NCBI GenBank assembly: GCA_043228905.1
Contig: JBHGNT010000017.1
Coordinates: 6,572,001-6,636,000 of the forward strand
Length of the DNA: 64,000 nucleotides
Direction: 5' to 3'
From: Azolla caroliniana
Taxonomy: Eukaryota > Plantae > Polypodiophyta
Shown: in pieces, positions 1 to 10,930 of the stretch
How positions within the stretch are numbered: the first letter of the stretch is position 1
How the letters are laid out: each line of letters begins with the position of its first letter
Translations under genes and position numbers: made by a program
Notes under the pieces: generated by a model
Told to the model about the DNA's origin: nothing
Databases searched by the model: none
What the model saw: only the letters and a program-made list of their open reading frames with translations

Positions 1-243
1 CTCTCTCTCTCTCTCTCTCTCTACACATTAGTTATACACATACAAAATATGACAACAATTACCAACACACAAAAGTGATTGGCCTAAGTCATATATATAC
101 TTATATGAACTTAGGGCTATTTACAAATATAGCCTCAATAGGCTTACTCAAAACATATTTACAAGTATGTCTTCTCTTCCGGTTCTCACCGGGTCCTCTT
201 CATTCATAACCGGATCCCATCCGGATGGACCGATTTCCAAACA
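1..243 (-). repeat. 3' LTR (partial) of the 1-7782 Copia
   Basis: Ends ...CCAAACA next to the reverse-complement PPT and is nearly identical to the 5' LTR segments. Confidence 0.9.
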
Positions 244-253
244 ATCTCCCCCT

Positions 254-3200
254 TCACTCTGGCATGGGATGTCTCGCAAGCCCGATCCGTTTTCGGCACG
301 CATCCAGTTTGTTGGTTATCAACACCTTGGTTAGCATATCCGACCCGTTCTCCTCCATGTGGATCTTGGTCAGCACGAACTCTTGATCTTCTACTCTTTC
401 TCGGATCCAGTGGTACCTCCGTTGGATATGTTTCGTCTGAGAATGGTAGATTGTGTTCTTTGCAAGGTGGATGGCACTTTGACTGCCGCAGTATAACCGA
501 TATTCCTCCTGTTGGATCCCTAGCTCTCCGATGAAATCCTTCATCCAGATTATCTCCTTGCCGGCTTCTACAACTGCCATGTACTCCGCCTCTGTGGTTG
601 ACAACGCAACCGTCTTCTGCAAACTTGACTGCCATGAAACAACTCCCCCTACATAACTCATGACATATCTAGATGTCGACCAGCTGGTGTCCGCATCAGC
701 CGACATATCTGAATTTGTGAAACCATCGAGTTGGGGTTTTACGGAGCCAAACCGGAGGCACATACTCGAGGTGCCTTTCAGATACCGAAGTATCCACTTG
801 ACCACGTTCCAGTGCTCTCTTCCGGGATTGCTCATGAACCGGCTCACCACTCCGACTACATATCCGATATCCGGCCGGGTGCATACCATCATGTACATCA
901 AGCTCCCGACGGTAGAGGCATATGGTACCTTCATCATATCCGTCTTCTCTACCTTTGTCCTCGGGCTTTGTTTTTCGGATAGCTTGTAGTTTGCCGGAAG
1001 TGTCGATCCGACCGGTTTCGCCTCCGACATGTTGAACCGTTGAAGCACCTTTGTCACGTACTTCTCCAGTGACAATCACAACAGCTTCTTCGACTGGTCT
1101 CGGATGATGTGCATTCCCAATATCTGTCTTGCTAGCCCCAAGTCTTTCATTGAGAAGGTCCGGTTCAGAGCCTTCTTCAGCATCCGAATCTTGCCTTGGT
1201 CTCCTCCGATGATCAACCTATCATCCACATATAGGAGGAGTATCAGGAAATCTCCTCCATCAAATTTCTTCACAAACACACAATGATCGGCCTGCGTCTT
1301 GTGGTACCCTTGGACGGTCATGAAGGAGTCGAACTTCCGGTACCATTGCTGGGGAGCTTGCTTCAGTCCGTATAGGCTCTTCTTCAGTCGGCACACCAGG
1401 TCCTCCTTATCTTTCTTCTCAAATCCTTCCGGTTGATGCATGTAGATCTCTTCTTCGAGGTCGCCATGTAGGAATGTTGTCTTGACGTCCAGTTGCTCTA
1501 CCTTGAGGTCCATGGTTGCCGCTATGCCCAATACCGTCCGGATGGATGTCATCTTTACTACCGGGGCAAAGATCTCATCGAAATCCAATCCTTTCTTCTG
1601 CTGGAACCCCTTCACCACGATCCGGGCTTTGTATCTCGGTGGGTTTCCGACATCTCCCGGTTTTAGCTTGTACACCCAGTTGTTCCGGAGTGCCCTCTTT
1701 CCTTTCGCTAACTCTGTTAGTTCATATGTGTGGTTCTCATGCAGGGAATCCATCTCATCCTGCATGGCACTCAACCACTTGCGGTTGTCTCTCTTTGCTT
1801 CTTCGAAGCTTTCTGGCTCACCCCCATCGGTTAGCAACACGTGCTCTGCATCCGGAAATCTCCGGGGGGCTCTTCTCTCTCTGAGAGGATATCTTCTTCC
1901 TTGGTTTCTAACTACCGGTTCCTCCGTTTGTTCCTCATCCTCATCCGGCTTCTTCTTCTTCTTCTTCTTCTTCTTCTTCGGTCGGTTCTATTTCTTGTCT
2001 ATATCCGGCCGGTTCGTCGAGTGTCATCCGGTTACCGGCTAACATCCGGTTTTCAACCGGGTATATCCTTGTGTCCTCAAGCCAGTTTTCATTGGATGAT
2101 TCAGAGTTCATCACCAGCTTCTCCGACTCCCAATCAACAATGGTCATGTGTTCCATGAAGACTATGTCCCAACTCCGGAACACCTTCTTATCGACCAAAT
2201 CCCACACCTGGTAATTGAACTCATCATCGCCGTATCCAAGGAATATGCGTGGCCTGGACTTTGGATCCTGCTTTGCTCTCTTGTCCTTTGCAACATGCAC
2301 ATATGCGGGACACCTGAACACCTTCAGATGCTAGCAAGACACATCCTTACCGGTCCATACTCTTTGTGGTGTGTCTCCGTCCAAGGGTACTGAGGGTGAT
2401 CTGTTTATCACGTAGGTCACCGTCGTCAGCGCCTCAGCCCAAAACGTCTTGGGTAACTTTGCATGTGCCAGGATGCTCCGGACCCTCTCCATCACGGTCC
2501 GGTTCATCCGTTCGGCTAGCCAGTTTAGTTCCAGCATCTTCGGCACGGTAAATTTGAGCAAGATTCCCTTCGACCGACAGTACTCTTCGAACTGCCCCCA
2601 CTATTCTCCTCCGTTATCTGCTCGAACCGCCTTCAACGTCCGATTGGTTTCTCTTTCCACTCTCGCGTGGAGTTCCTTGAAGACGGATAACACTTGATCC
2701 TTCGTCTTCAGTGGTGAGACCCACAGTTTCCGGATGTGGTCATCTGTGAACGTCACGAAGTACTATGCTCCAGCATGTGACTTCGTGTCCACTTGACACA
2801 CATCCGTATGCACCAGCTCTAGTGGTGCATTCCGTCTCATTGGTGGTCTTGACCGGAAGGAGGTTCGGTTTTGCTTCCCAGCAAGACAATCAGTGCACTT
2901 CTCAAGTTGCACGTCATTCACCGGAATGAGATTGTCTTTAGCAAGTCTCTTCATCCCCTTCTGGCTCATATGCCACAGTCTCTTGTGCCACAACTCACTG
3001 GTAGTGTCGGATGCTACGTTCACTTATTCCCGGCATATCTGGGCATTCATCAAGTACAATGTGTTGAACTTTCGGGCTTGAGCCACTATTAGGCTCCCTT
3101 TTCTGAACTTCATGACTCCGTTCCGGATGCTACTCGAGTAGCCTTCATCTCTAGCCGACCGGCTGATATCAAGTTCAGTCGGACCTCCGGAACGTGTCGA

Positions 3201-4265
3201 ACATCCTTCAACAACAACTTGCATCTGGTTGATGTTTTCAACAACACATCTCTTATGCCGACAATTCGGCAGGTCCCTTCATTCCCCATTCAGACACAAC
3301 CATGATCTCCGGTTGTGTAGGATGAGAAGCATCTCCGGTTCGGTGTCAGGTGGAACGATGCTCTAGAATTGACAACCCACGTTGTCTCATCGCTGACAAG
3401 GTTTAACTCATTCTCCTCAGTAATGAGCATCGGTTCTTCTTCACTTGTCGCGATTGCTGATGTTCCCTTTCGATCTAGGCCTCTCTGGTTCGAACTCTTC
3501 TTCGAATTGGTAGTGCCGGTTTCTTTCTCTTTCCGGAAATGCTGATAGTTCTTCTGGAAGTGTCCCGGCTTCCCGCAATAGAAGCATGTGGGTCTCCCCC
3601 TTGACTTCGACCTCATCCCAGATTTGTCCCGATTTTGGGGACTCTGATACCGGCCTCTTCCCTGGTTGTGGTCATCTTCCGTGACCAAGGCCTTTGGATC
3701 GGTTCCGGACTCCCGGTCCTTCTGGTGAGCTTCTTCATCTAGCAAGCTTGATTTTACCCTTGCTAGGGACAACTGTTTTCCTTCCGGCCCGACGTTGCCC
3801 AACGTGACAACTAATGTCTCCCAACTATCCGGGAGGGAATTGAGTAGGAGCAATGCGAGTACCTCATCGACGGGAGGTACTTCCAACGAGGTTGCTTGAT
3901 GTATCAGCCCTTGGAAGACATTCAAGTGCTCCGCAATACTAGAGCCGTCCTGGTAACGGAGCCTCACTAGCTTCCGGAATACCGAAACCCGATTAATGAC
4001 ATTCTTGTTCTGGAACATGGTGCTGATCTTCTCCCAGAGTTCATGAGCCTTGCTCTCTTCATTGAAGTTGTTGTACAGGCTCATGTCGATGAAGCACCAT
4101 GTGCATCACTCCCCACACTTTGGCATCGATCTTATCCGGTCTCTTGTCCTCGAACTGTACCGGCAACCAAAGATCTTTAACCACCAGCATATCCCTCATC
4201 TTCGACTTCCACACTGAGTAGTTGGAGCCGATGAGCTTGAACATGCCACCGAACGATTCTTCCAT
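254..4265 (-). pseudogene. Copia gag-pol polyprotein broken by stops and frameshifts
   Basis: Begins MEESFGGMFKLIGSNYSVWK, has a degenerate zinc knuckle (CFYCGKPGHFQKNY) and is split into at least 7 ORF pieces. A (TTC)n tract at ~1950-1979 encodes poly-Glu in the INT-RT linker. Confidence 0.92.
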
Positions 4266-4281
4266 TTCTTGTGTTGTTCGA

Positions 4282-4291
4282 TCTGATACCA
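4282..4291 (-). promoter_or_regulatory. Primer-binding site (tRNA-iMet type)
   Basis: Reverse complement reads TGGTATCAGA, 3 nt inside the 5' LTR boundary at 4295. Confidence 0.88.
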
Positions 4292-4546
4292 GATTGTGAA
4301 GAAAAGCGTGGAATATTAATCGACCACAACCAAGTCTTGAATCACAGAAATGGGAATGAAACAAAGAAATGGGAAGTAGAGAGTACACAGAATATTTACG
4401 TGGAAAACCCTAATAGGGTAAGAAACCACGGGAACCCACAGACTCCAACTATCACTATATGAGAAAGGTACAATCAGAGACTCGGAGGCAACGACCTCGA
4501 GCTCTGTTTCTTCGTCGAGCAACGGTTACAACAGAGTATCGTTTTG

Positions 4547-4586
<40 letters not shown>

Positions 4587-5354
4587 CAGCAGTTATACAC
4601 ATACAAAATATGACAACAACTACCAACACACAAAAGTGATTGGCCTAAGTCATATATATACTTATATGAACTTAGGGCTATTTACAAATATAGCCTCAAT
4701 GGGCTTGATCAAAACATATTTACAAGTAACACGTTCGCGTTCACAAGTGGAAGGATCACGCATTCCATTTATAGATTCCTTTTATAATCTTGCGATTTTA
4801 GACAATTTTCAAAAACTTGATACACCAGTATCACATGTTTTAAATAACATGTAAAATTTGTTAAATTTTTGAGATTTAACAAGTTTCAAAATGATAATTT
4901 CTAAAATTGAATAGTTTTTCAATAAATGTTTAAATGTTGATGGTTTGCACATATGAAATGTAGTTAACTTAAAGAAAATCACAATGGTTAACTCAAGGCA
5001 CAAGTTAAGATTAATGGTTTCACCATCTTGATGAGATTAAGATTATATCTTTTGTTAGAATTGAAAATGTTTTAAGTATAAGAGGTAACATTGCAATCCT
5101 TAATGTTATCATCTATAAATTTAGTGCTCATTAACATCCATAAATTCACAACTCAAGAAATGTAGACAATATTCATAAACAATTTTGATAAATCTACAAC
5201 TCCTAAAATGTAGATGATATTCATAAACTGTCAAAACTGTCAAACTTTAGATGTGAACATTAATATATCAATTTGAACATATCACACAGTTATTAGGGTA
5301 TCTACAATGTTATCCTCTTCTTCCTTTTGAGAATTCCCCTACAAAATTTGTGAA

Positions 5355-6797
5355 GTAAATGGCATTTGCGAAGTTCAATTACCATCAATACAATTATTAA
5401 TGTATTTTTGCTAATCAATGAAGCACATGTTCACCATAAGTATCTTGTTGTGCAACATACATCTTTACAGTATCGATATGTATCTTTTCTCTTGTAAAAA
5501 CATAGATTTTAGTATAATTTGAGTTCATGTTTAAAAAACCTCTTTTATTTGAAAAACAAGAAGTTTTTTAAATATGAACTCGATATGTTGTATTGAGTTG
5601 ATGTAAAAAACAGAGTTTTGATCATAATTCCATACAATGTATTGAATTCATGTTCAAAGTTTTTTTTTACCGGATTTAAAAAAAGAAAAGAAAAAATAAG
5701 TTGAGCTTGAGTTCATATAAAAACCAGATTTTTCATCACAATTTGATACAATGTATCGAGTTCATGTTTAAAGTATATTTTTCTAATTTGTTTTTCAATT
5801 TTTTTCAATTTTATTATGGAAAAAATTAATTTTAAACATGAATTCGATACATTGTATCGACTTGTGATGAAAACTCTGGTTTTTATATGAACTCAAGCTC
5901 AACTTATTATTATTATTATCGATTTGTGATGAAAAAAAAAAACTCTATTTTTTTTTATCATTTATTAAAGCTCAAAAAAATATTCAAAAAAATTCAAAAA
6001 ACCCAAAATAAATAGAAAAAAGCTTTAAACATGAACTCGATACATTGTATCGAGTTCATGTTGAAAACTCTGTTTTTCAACACGAACTCGATTCGTGTAG
6101 AAAAGTTGACTTTTCTACACGAACTCGATACAATGTAGCTTTTTTTGGGTTTTTTAAAAAAAAAATGCTTTTTTTTTCTATTTATTTTGGTTTTTTGTTG
6201 TTTTTTTTTAATTCTTTTTTGAGATTTAATAAATGATAAAAAAACCAGAGTTTTCATCAGAAGTCGATACAATGTATTGAATTCATGTTTAAAATTATTT
6301 TTTTCCATAAACAAAATTGAAAAAAATAAAAAAAAGTGAAAACAATTGATAAAAATTGAAAAAAAATTAGAAAAATATATTTTAAACATGAACTCGATAC
6401 ATGTTATCGAATTATGATGAAAAATATGGTTTTTATATGAACTCAAGCTCAACTTATTATTATTAATTTTTTTAAAATCCGGTAAAAAAAACTTTAAACA
6501 TGAATTTAATACATTGTATGGAATTATGATCAAAACTCTGTTTTTTACATCAATTCGATACAACATATCGAGTTCATGTTTAAAAATCTTCTTGTTTTTC
6601 AAATAAAAGAGGTTTTTTAAACATGAACTCAAATTATATTGAAATCTATGTTTTTACAAGATAAAATGATGCATATCGATACTGCAAAGATGCATGTTGC
6701 ATAACAAGATACCTTTTGGTGAACATGTGCATCATTGATAACAAAAAACCATTAATAATTGTGTTGATGGTAATTGAACCTTGCAAATTTCATTTAC
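5355..6797. repeat. ~1.44-kb AT-rich internal inverted repeat (palindrome) built from a self-palindromic motif
   Basis: 5355-~6024 is the reverse complement of ~6137-6797. About 10 variants of AACATGAACTCGATACAWTGTATCGAGTTCATGTT occur along it, and the centre holds nested hairpins. Confidence 0.92.
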
Positions 6798-6949
6798 ATG
6801 GTCTATAAAGTATTCTCGTGGTTCTCAATGACCACTTCAAGCACTTAATGTTGATCTTTATAATTTGGTTCATCTACAATAGAGAAACATTTATGTGGAA
6901 CAAAGGATGACAACACGAGCATAACTCAGGTGACAAGGAAACTTGCAAG

Positions 6950-7365
6950 AACTCAAGGTGGAGATATTAATAACTACACATGTAGATGGCCATGAGCTAG
7001 GGTACCAATTCTGCATTGGTAAAGTTTTGGACGTGATGATGCATTAAACCTTTGTAATACATCTATCATTGACATTAGTTAGGTGGATATAATTGTGTAT
7101 GACTTTACACTGACAAAAGTTAGATGTTTAAGGACAACAACGATATACATAATAAAAGAGATATTACCAAGTCTAGAAGATATCTCAGATCGAAGGTGAA
7201 GAAGATTTACTACACACAATTTGGAGACACCATTTGGTGAAGACAATGATTTGATTGGTACATTTGAAAATGAGGAGGAAGAGTCACATTTGTATATTAT
7301 CTATAGTAGTGATTCTCATGAAAAGAATGATGATATTTATGCAAATAACTCCCAAATGTATTTGT
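6950..7365 (+). pseudogene. Possible decayed C-terminal fragment of a transposase-associated ORF
   Basis: Manual translation across stops gives ...LGYQFCIGKVLDV...IIVYDFTLTKVRCLRTTTIYIIKEILP... then an acidic tail. It looks protein-like and is less AT-rich than its flanks. The identity is inferred only. Confidence 0.35.
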
Positions 7366-7991
7366 TGTGCAACTATGTGTAACAAATTTAGACAACATTT
7401 TATCGAATGAAATAAAAACGTTCATTGTTTTGAAATCCTCTGCTTTTGATTTCTTTAAGTTCTAAAAACTTATTAGTTGTCATTTTTCTTTAAAAATACA
7501 TAAAGTTACTTTTCGTATTTGACCAAAATTGGGCATTTTTCAATTTTACCAAATGGTGAAATTTTCAACTTTTTCATCAAGTTTTAGAGAACACGTGATA
7601 CCAGTATCAAATTGTTTTGTGAAATGGCAAAAAAACCCCCAAAATCAAATGGAATATTCCTTACCTTCCACTTGTGCGCGATCCTTCCACTTGTGAGCGC
7701 GAACGTGTTAAGTATGTCTTCTCTTCCGGTTCTCATCGGGTCCTCTTCATTCATAACCGGATCCCATCCGGAGGGACCGATTGAGGTCTTAGGGTTTAAT
7801 TTTCTTTTTCTTCATGAATATGAGGGATCTTTGATTTTATTTCTGTAAATTACCACCATTGTAATCTTTTCCCCTGAAAACTTGTAAACCTTAATTTATA
7901 AAGAGAATTTCTTTCTAAATCTAGTGTTTTCAGACAACAATGTTGTTATTTTGGATTTAATATCATGAAATCCCTTTGTATTTTGATGTTC

Positions 7992-8816
7992 TGTTGAGAA
8001 ATAAGCTCAACATGGGCCAGATTGGCTGAATAAGCTAAGAGCTGGATCAAGTGAAGACCGATCGGCTAGGCCCCGACCGGATTGGAAACCGGATTCGTGC
8101 GAGCTGGTAGGCCGTTAGAGGCCTACACTCCTAGTCTAGGGGGTAGTCATATTCTTAGGAGTTAGTGTCAATAGCTCAGTTATGAGCATTGAAGTACTTG
8201 TCAGTACTTCTGACCATCCTTTAAGGACTTATATAAAAGTGCTCTCTGAGCACAGTTGTATGTACACAGAGAAGTATTATTTTAAATCTGAGTTTTTTCA
8301 GTCTTCTACTCTCTCTCTATGTCTCCCGCGTATTGTGTTTTCACTTCATTGTTTTCTTTGTGATTTCAGTTGCTGTCCGGTTGAGCCAATTGAGTTCTGT
8401 TAGCTTCTGCACGTTAATCTATACATGGTATCAAACTGTGAGGGTTGAGCATCCTTTGTTGCTGACAAGCGTTGTAACACAAACAAACCCTAACCCCCGG
8501 TAAGAATAGACAAGGAGATAATGGATAGAGGAATGGGTAGCTCACTTCCAACGAAGAATTTCGACAGGATCAACTACGCATCTTGGGCATACAAGATGTA
8601 GCTATATCTACTCGGCCATGGATATTGGAGTTATGTGGAAGGAGTGAATGAAGTAGCACCAGAACCGGCACACACAGATTTTCTGGCGCGGGAGCAGGCA
8701 TCGAGTACAGTCTTATACTGCCTTGCATCCTGTGTGCATGATCAAATGTTGGACTACATTTGGGATGCAAAGACACTGAAGGAGGCCTGGGAAAATCTGA
8801 AAAAGCTTTTCGTTGC
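7992..8816 (+). mobile_element. Copia 5' fragment (LTR 7992-8425, PBS, gag start), Bryco/Lyco-like family
   Basis: TGTTGAG...ACA LTR, TGGTATCA at 8426, and gag MDRGMGSSLPTKNFDRINYASWAYKM*...GHGYWSYVEG. Homologous to 27828-31977 and cut by the Gypsy LTR at 8817. Confidence 0.85.
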
Positions 8817-10930
8817 TATCGTAGATTTTGGCCATAAGGATAAACCTAGCCGACCGCGTGTGAATGGGGGTGTGCACGGATGCACACAAAAAGAGTCTTT
8901 GTATAAACAAATGTAAATAAATATTGAGGTATAATAAGTATGAGACAGAGGGATTTGAATGGGTACTTTATTGTCCCACAAAAAGAGGGGAATAAAGTGT
9001 GTGATGGGAGGAAATCAGGGGGGAGAATCACTGACAGAAAACGACTGTCTTTAGTGTTGATGTAACGAATATCTTTAGTGCTATAAAAGGAGGGGATGGA
9101 GACTAAGAAGGGGATCTATTGTTTTGGAGGAGAAGACGTTGTCGGTTTGTATTCTGAGTTGTCGGGTTTCTGTTCTGTGCATTTGGTGAGGGAAGGTGAG
9201 GCCTCTGCTCGTGTAGGAAGCCCGTGTGCTCCTGACTAGAGGCTCGCCAGTTTAATTTATTCTTGGTTTGCTATATCAGACTCCTTTTCTGTGTCGTGCC
9301 AGCATTTGTCTCTCAGTTTCTCTATCTGGAGAGCTGTTGCTTCTCTCCCTCTCGTGTTTTGCACATTTCTACTCGAGTTTGCGAGCCCGTGTGCTCTGTT
9401 AAGTTACCCAACAGTCGAGCCGGATAGTCATTGTAAGCTTTGTGGTCACTCACTCTCTCTCCGGCTCCTTAGTTCAAGGCACCGGTGGTCCCGCCTGATC
9501 CGACATGTACACGTGAACATTCGCGACATCTTTGGTGAACCCGACGTGAAAGGGCGGCAAAGGAGTTCAAGATGAGGGGAGGCAAGCTAGCAGAAGCAAT
9601 GGCGGTCTCTGTGGACCACCTTATGAATGCTCGAGAGAGCTCAATGGGGCTCAATCGAGCCATCGAAACAATAGTCGGCACAACCGACCGATTTAACGAG
9701 AAGGATGTCACAAATTATCTTGAGGCCTTTAAGGCCAACATGTTGATGAGAGACATTTTGGACGACAGAAGGTTGTCCAGATTTCCTCGAGTTGTTACAC
9801 TGAGGTGCTTGAGATTTTGGCCGACTGCCGTAATTGGTCAGAATTCGAGGACCGACTCCTCGAACGATACAACCTCAATGACTCGCTCCGATTGTAAAAA
9901 AGGGAGCTCATGGACTGGGTCGAGCTCCCCGGAAAGGGAAGGAACACATCAATGTTTCTCCAGGAATTCGAGAAGCGATTTGCGTGACTTTCAGTGTTGG
10001 ACAGGACTGTGCTCGATACAAGCAAGGTCCTAATGTTGATCAAATCGGTCGATCCGCTCAACTGGGAGAAGGGTGGTGTCGTGCTGGAGACGGATAAAGG
10101 GCTCACGACTGGTTGGGCCGTGGTGAAGTGAGTCTGCAGCCGTTTCAACAAATGGTGTGAGTGAAACGACGAGGGTTCGTCGTCGATCGGCCCGGCTACC
10201 GGAGGGATAACGAGAGAAGTACCAACTAGATCAGACGAAACGAGAGGATGACTCGACTCGGGCCCGGTTCCGACCAATGTGGTCGAGGAACCATCCGAGG
10301 GCGCGGCGCTGAAGGAGCTCACGAGGATGGTGCGCGATCTTTAGATCGCTCAGGCTCGGAGGGATGATGGGGGTCAATCGGAGTGATGGTGCCCACCTAA
10401 TGGCCTTAGATGCATGTGGTGCGATTGGGCTGACCACATCCGAAGGGACTGTGTCGACTTTGCCGAGGTGCTGAGGAACAATGTCGTGTACCTTTGGAAC
10501 GACTGGTACACGCGAGCGAAACGTGAAGGCCCCTCAAGATGAACACCGGACGAGGAGACATGAAGAGGTTGATGGAGGAAGCTGTAGAGCAGCATGCATA
10601 GACCATCCATTACTCGGCGTCGGCCGACATCCAGGTAGGAGGAGAGAACACCGGCTCCGTATTCTGACCGGTCATACTTGAAGGCTTCTCTGAGAAGAAG
10701 TTGAAGAAGGAGGAGGTGAACCGCATGGAGAAGCGGGTTCGGGAGGTCATCGGATGGAGCAATTCGGTTGAGGAGAAAACCGGCTTCGTAGAAGCTGCGT
10801 GACAGAACTACGAGGTTTTGATAGACGAGAAGCAGGCCAGAAAGGCTAGAGGAGCAAGCCCTTCGGGCTGATACGACACTCGAAGCGGGCCGAAGAAGAA
10901 CGATGGTGGCCTTTCACTCGCTCTCGAAGC
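8817..10930 (+). mobile_element. Truncated non-chromoviral Ty3/Gypsy (Phygy-like): LTR 8817-9528, tRNA-Trp PBS, gag remnant
   Basis: LTR TATCGTAG...CGCGACA, PBS TGGTGAACCCGACGTGA at 9533-9549, and a gag remnant (RFNEKDVTNYL, CMWCD) paralogous to 12260-13680. The right boundary is approximate. Confidence 0.8.

Larger units (their letters stand above)
4728..7709. mobile_element. Non-autonomous TIR DNA transposon, 2982 bp, 4-bp TSD AAGT (superfamily uncertain, possibly Sola-like)
   Basis: TIRs of ~30 bp (AACACGTTCGCG[T/C]TCACAAGTGGAAGGATC) with 1 mismatch and weaker subterminal inverted similarity. AAGT at 4724-4727 and 7710-7713. The empty site is visible in the sister LTR (~163-170). Confidence 0.9.
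1..7782 (-). mobile_element. Ty1/Copia LTR retrotransposon (Tork/Tnt1-like), degenerate; 3' LTR runs off the window and 5' LTR is interrupted by a DNA transposon
   Basis: Minus-strand gag-PR-INT-RT-RNaseH order (ORFs 3290-4084, 2763-3023, 1941-2561, 1076-1840, 254-1075) with YKARIVVKGF, LYVDD and ALSTTEAEY motifs. PPT AAGGGGGAG near 246-254 and PBS TGGTATCAGA at 4282-4291. LTR sequence at 1-243 matches 4560-4727 plus 7710-7782. Confidence 0.95.
4295..7782 (-). repeat. 5' LTR of the first Copia, in two parts (4295-4727 and 7710-7782)
   Basis: The contiguous 3' LTR sequence TTACAAGTATGTCTTCTC is split here by the 4728-7709 insertion. The last ~8 bp of the LTR are missing. Confidence 0.88.

Noticed and set aside
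204-2697. Numerous antisense and alternative-frame ORFs over pol regions (also 14571-15062, 18560-18949, 41896-42390, 59444-60133)
   Set aside because: Shadow ORFs of retroelement coding sequence with no independent motifs.
5994-6632. 212-aa minus-strand ORF
   Set aside because: Low-complexity F/K/N/I translation of the AT-rich palindrome, with no recognisable domain.
4726-7711. piggyBac/Chapaev reading (CACG...CGTG termini with TTAA target)
   Set aside because: The left flank is GTAA and the empty site in the sister LTR (ACAAGTATG) has no TTAA. A 4-bp AAGT duplication fits without mismatches.
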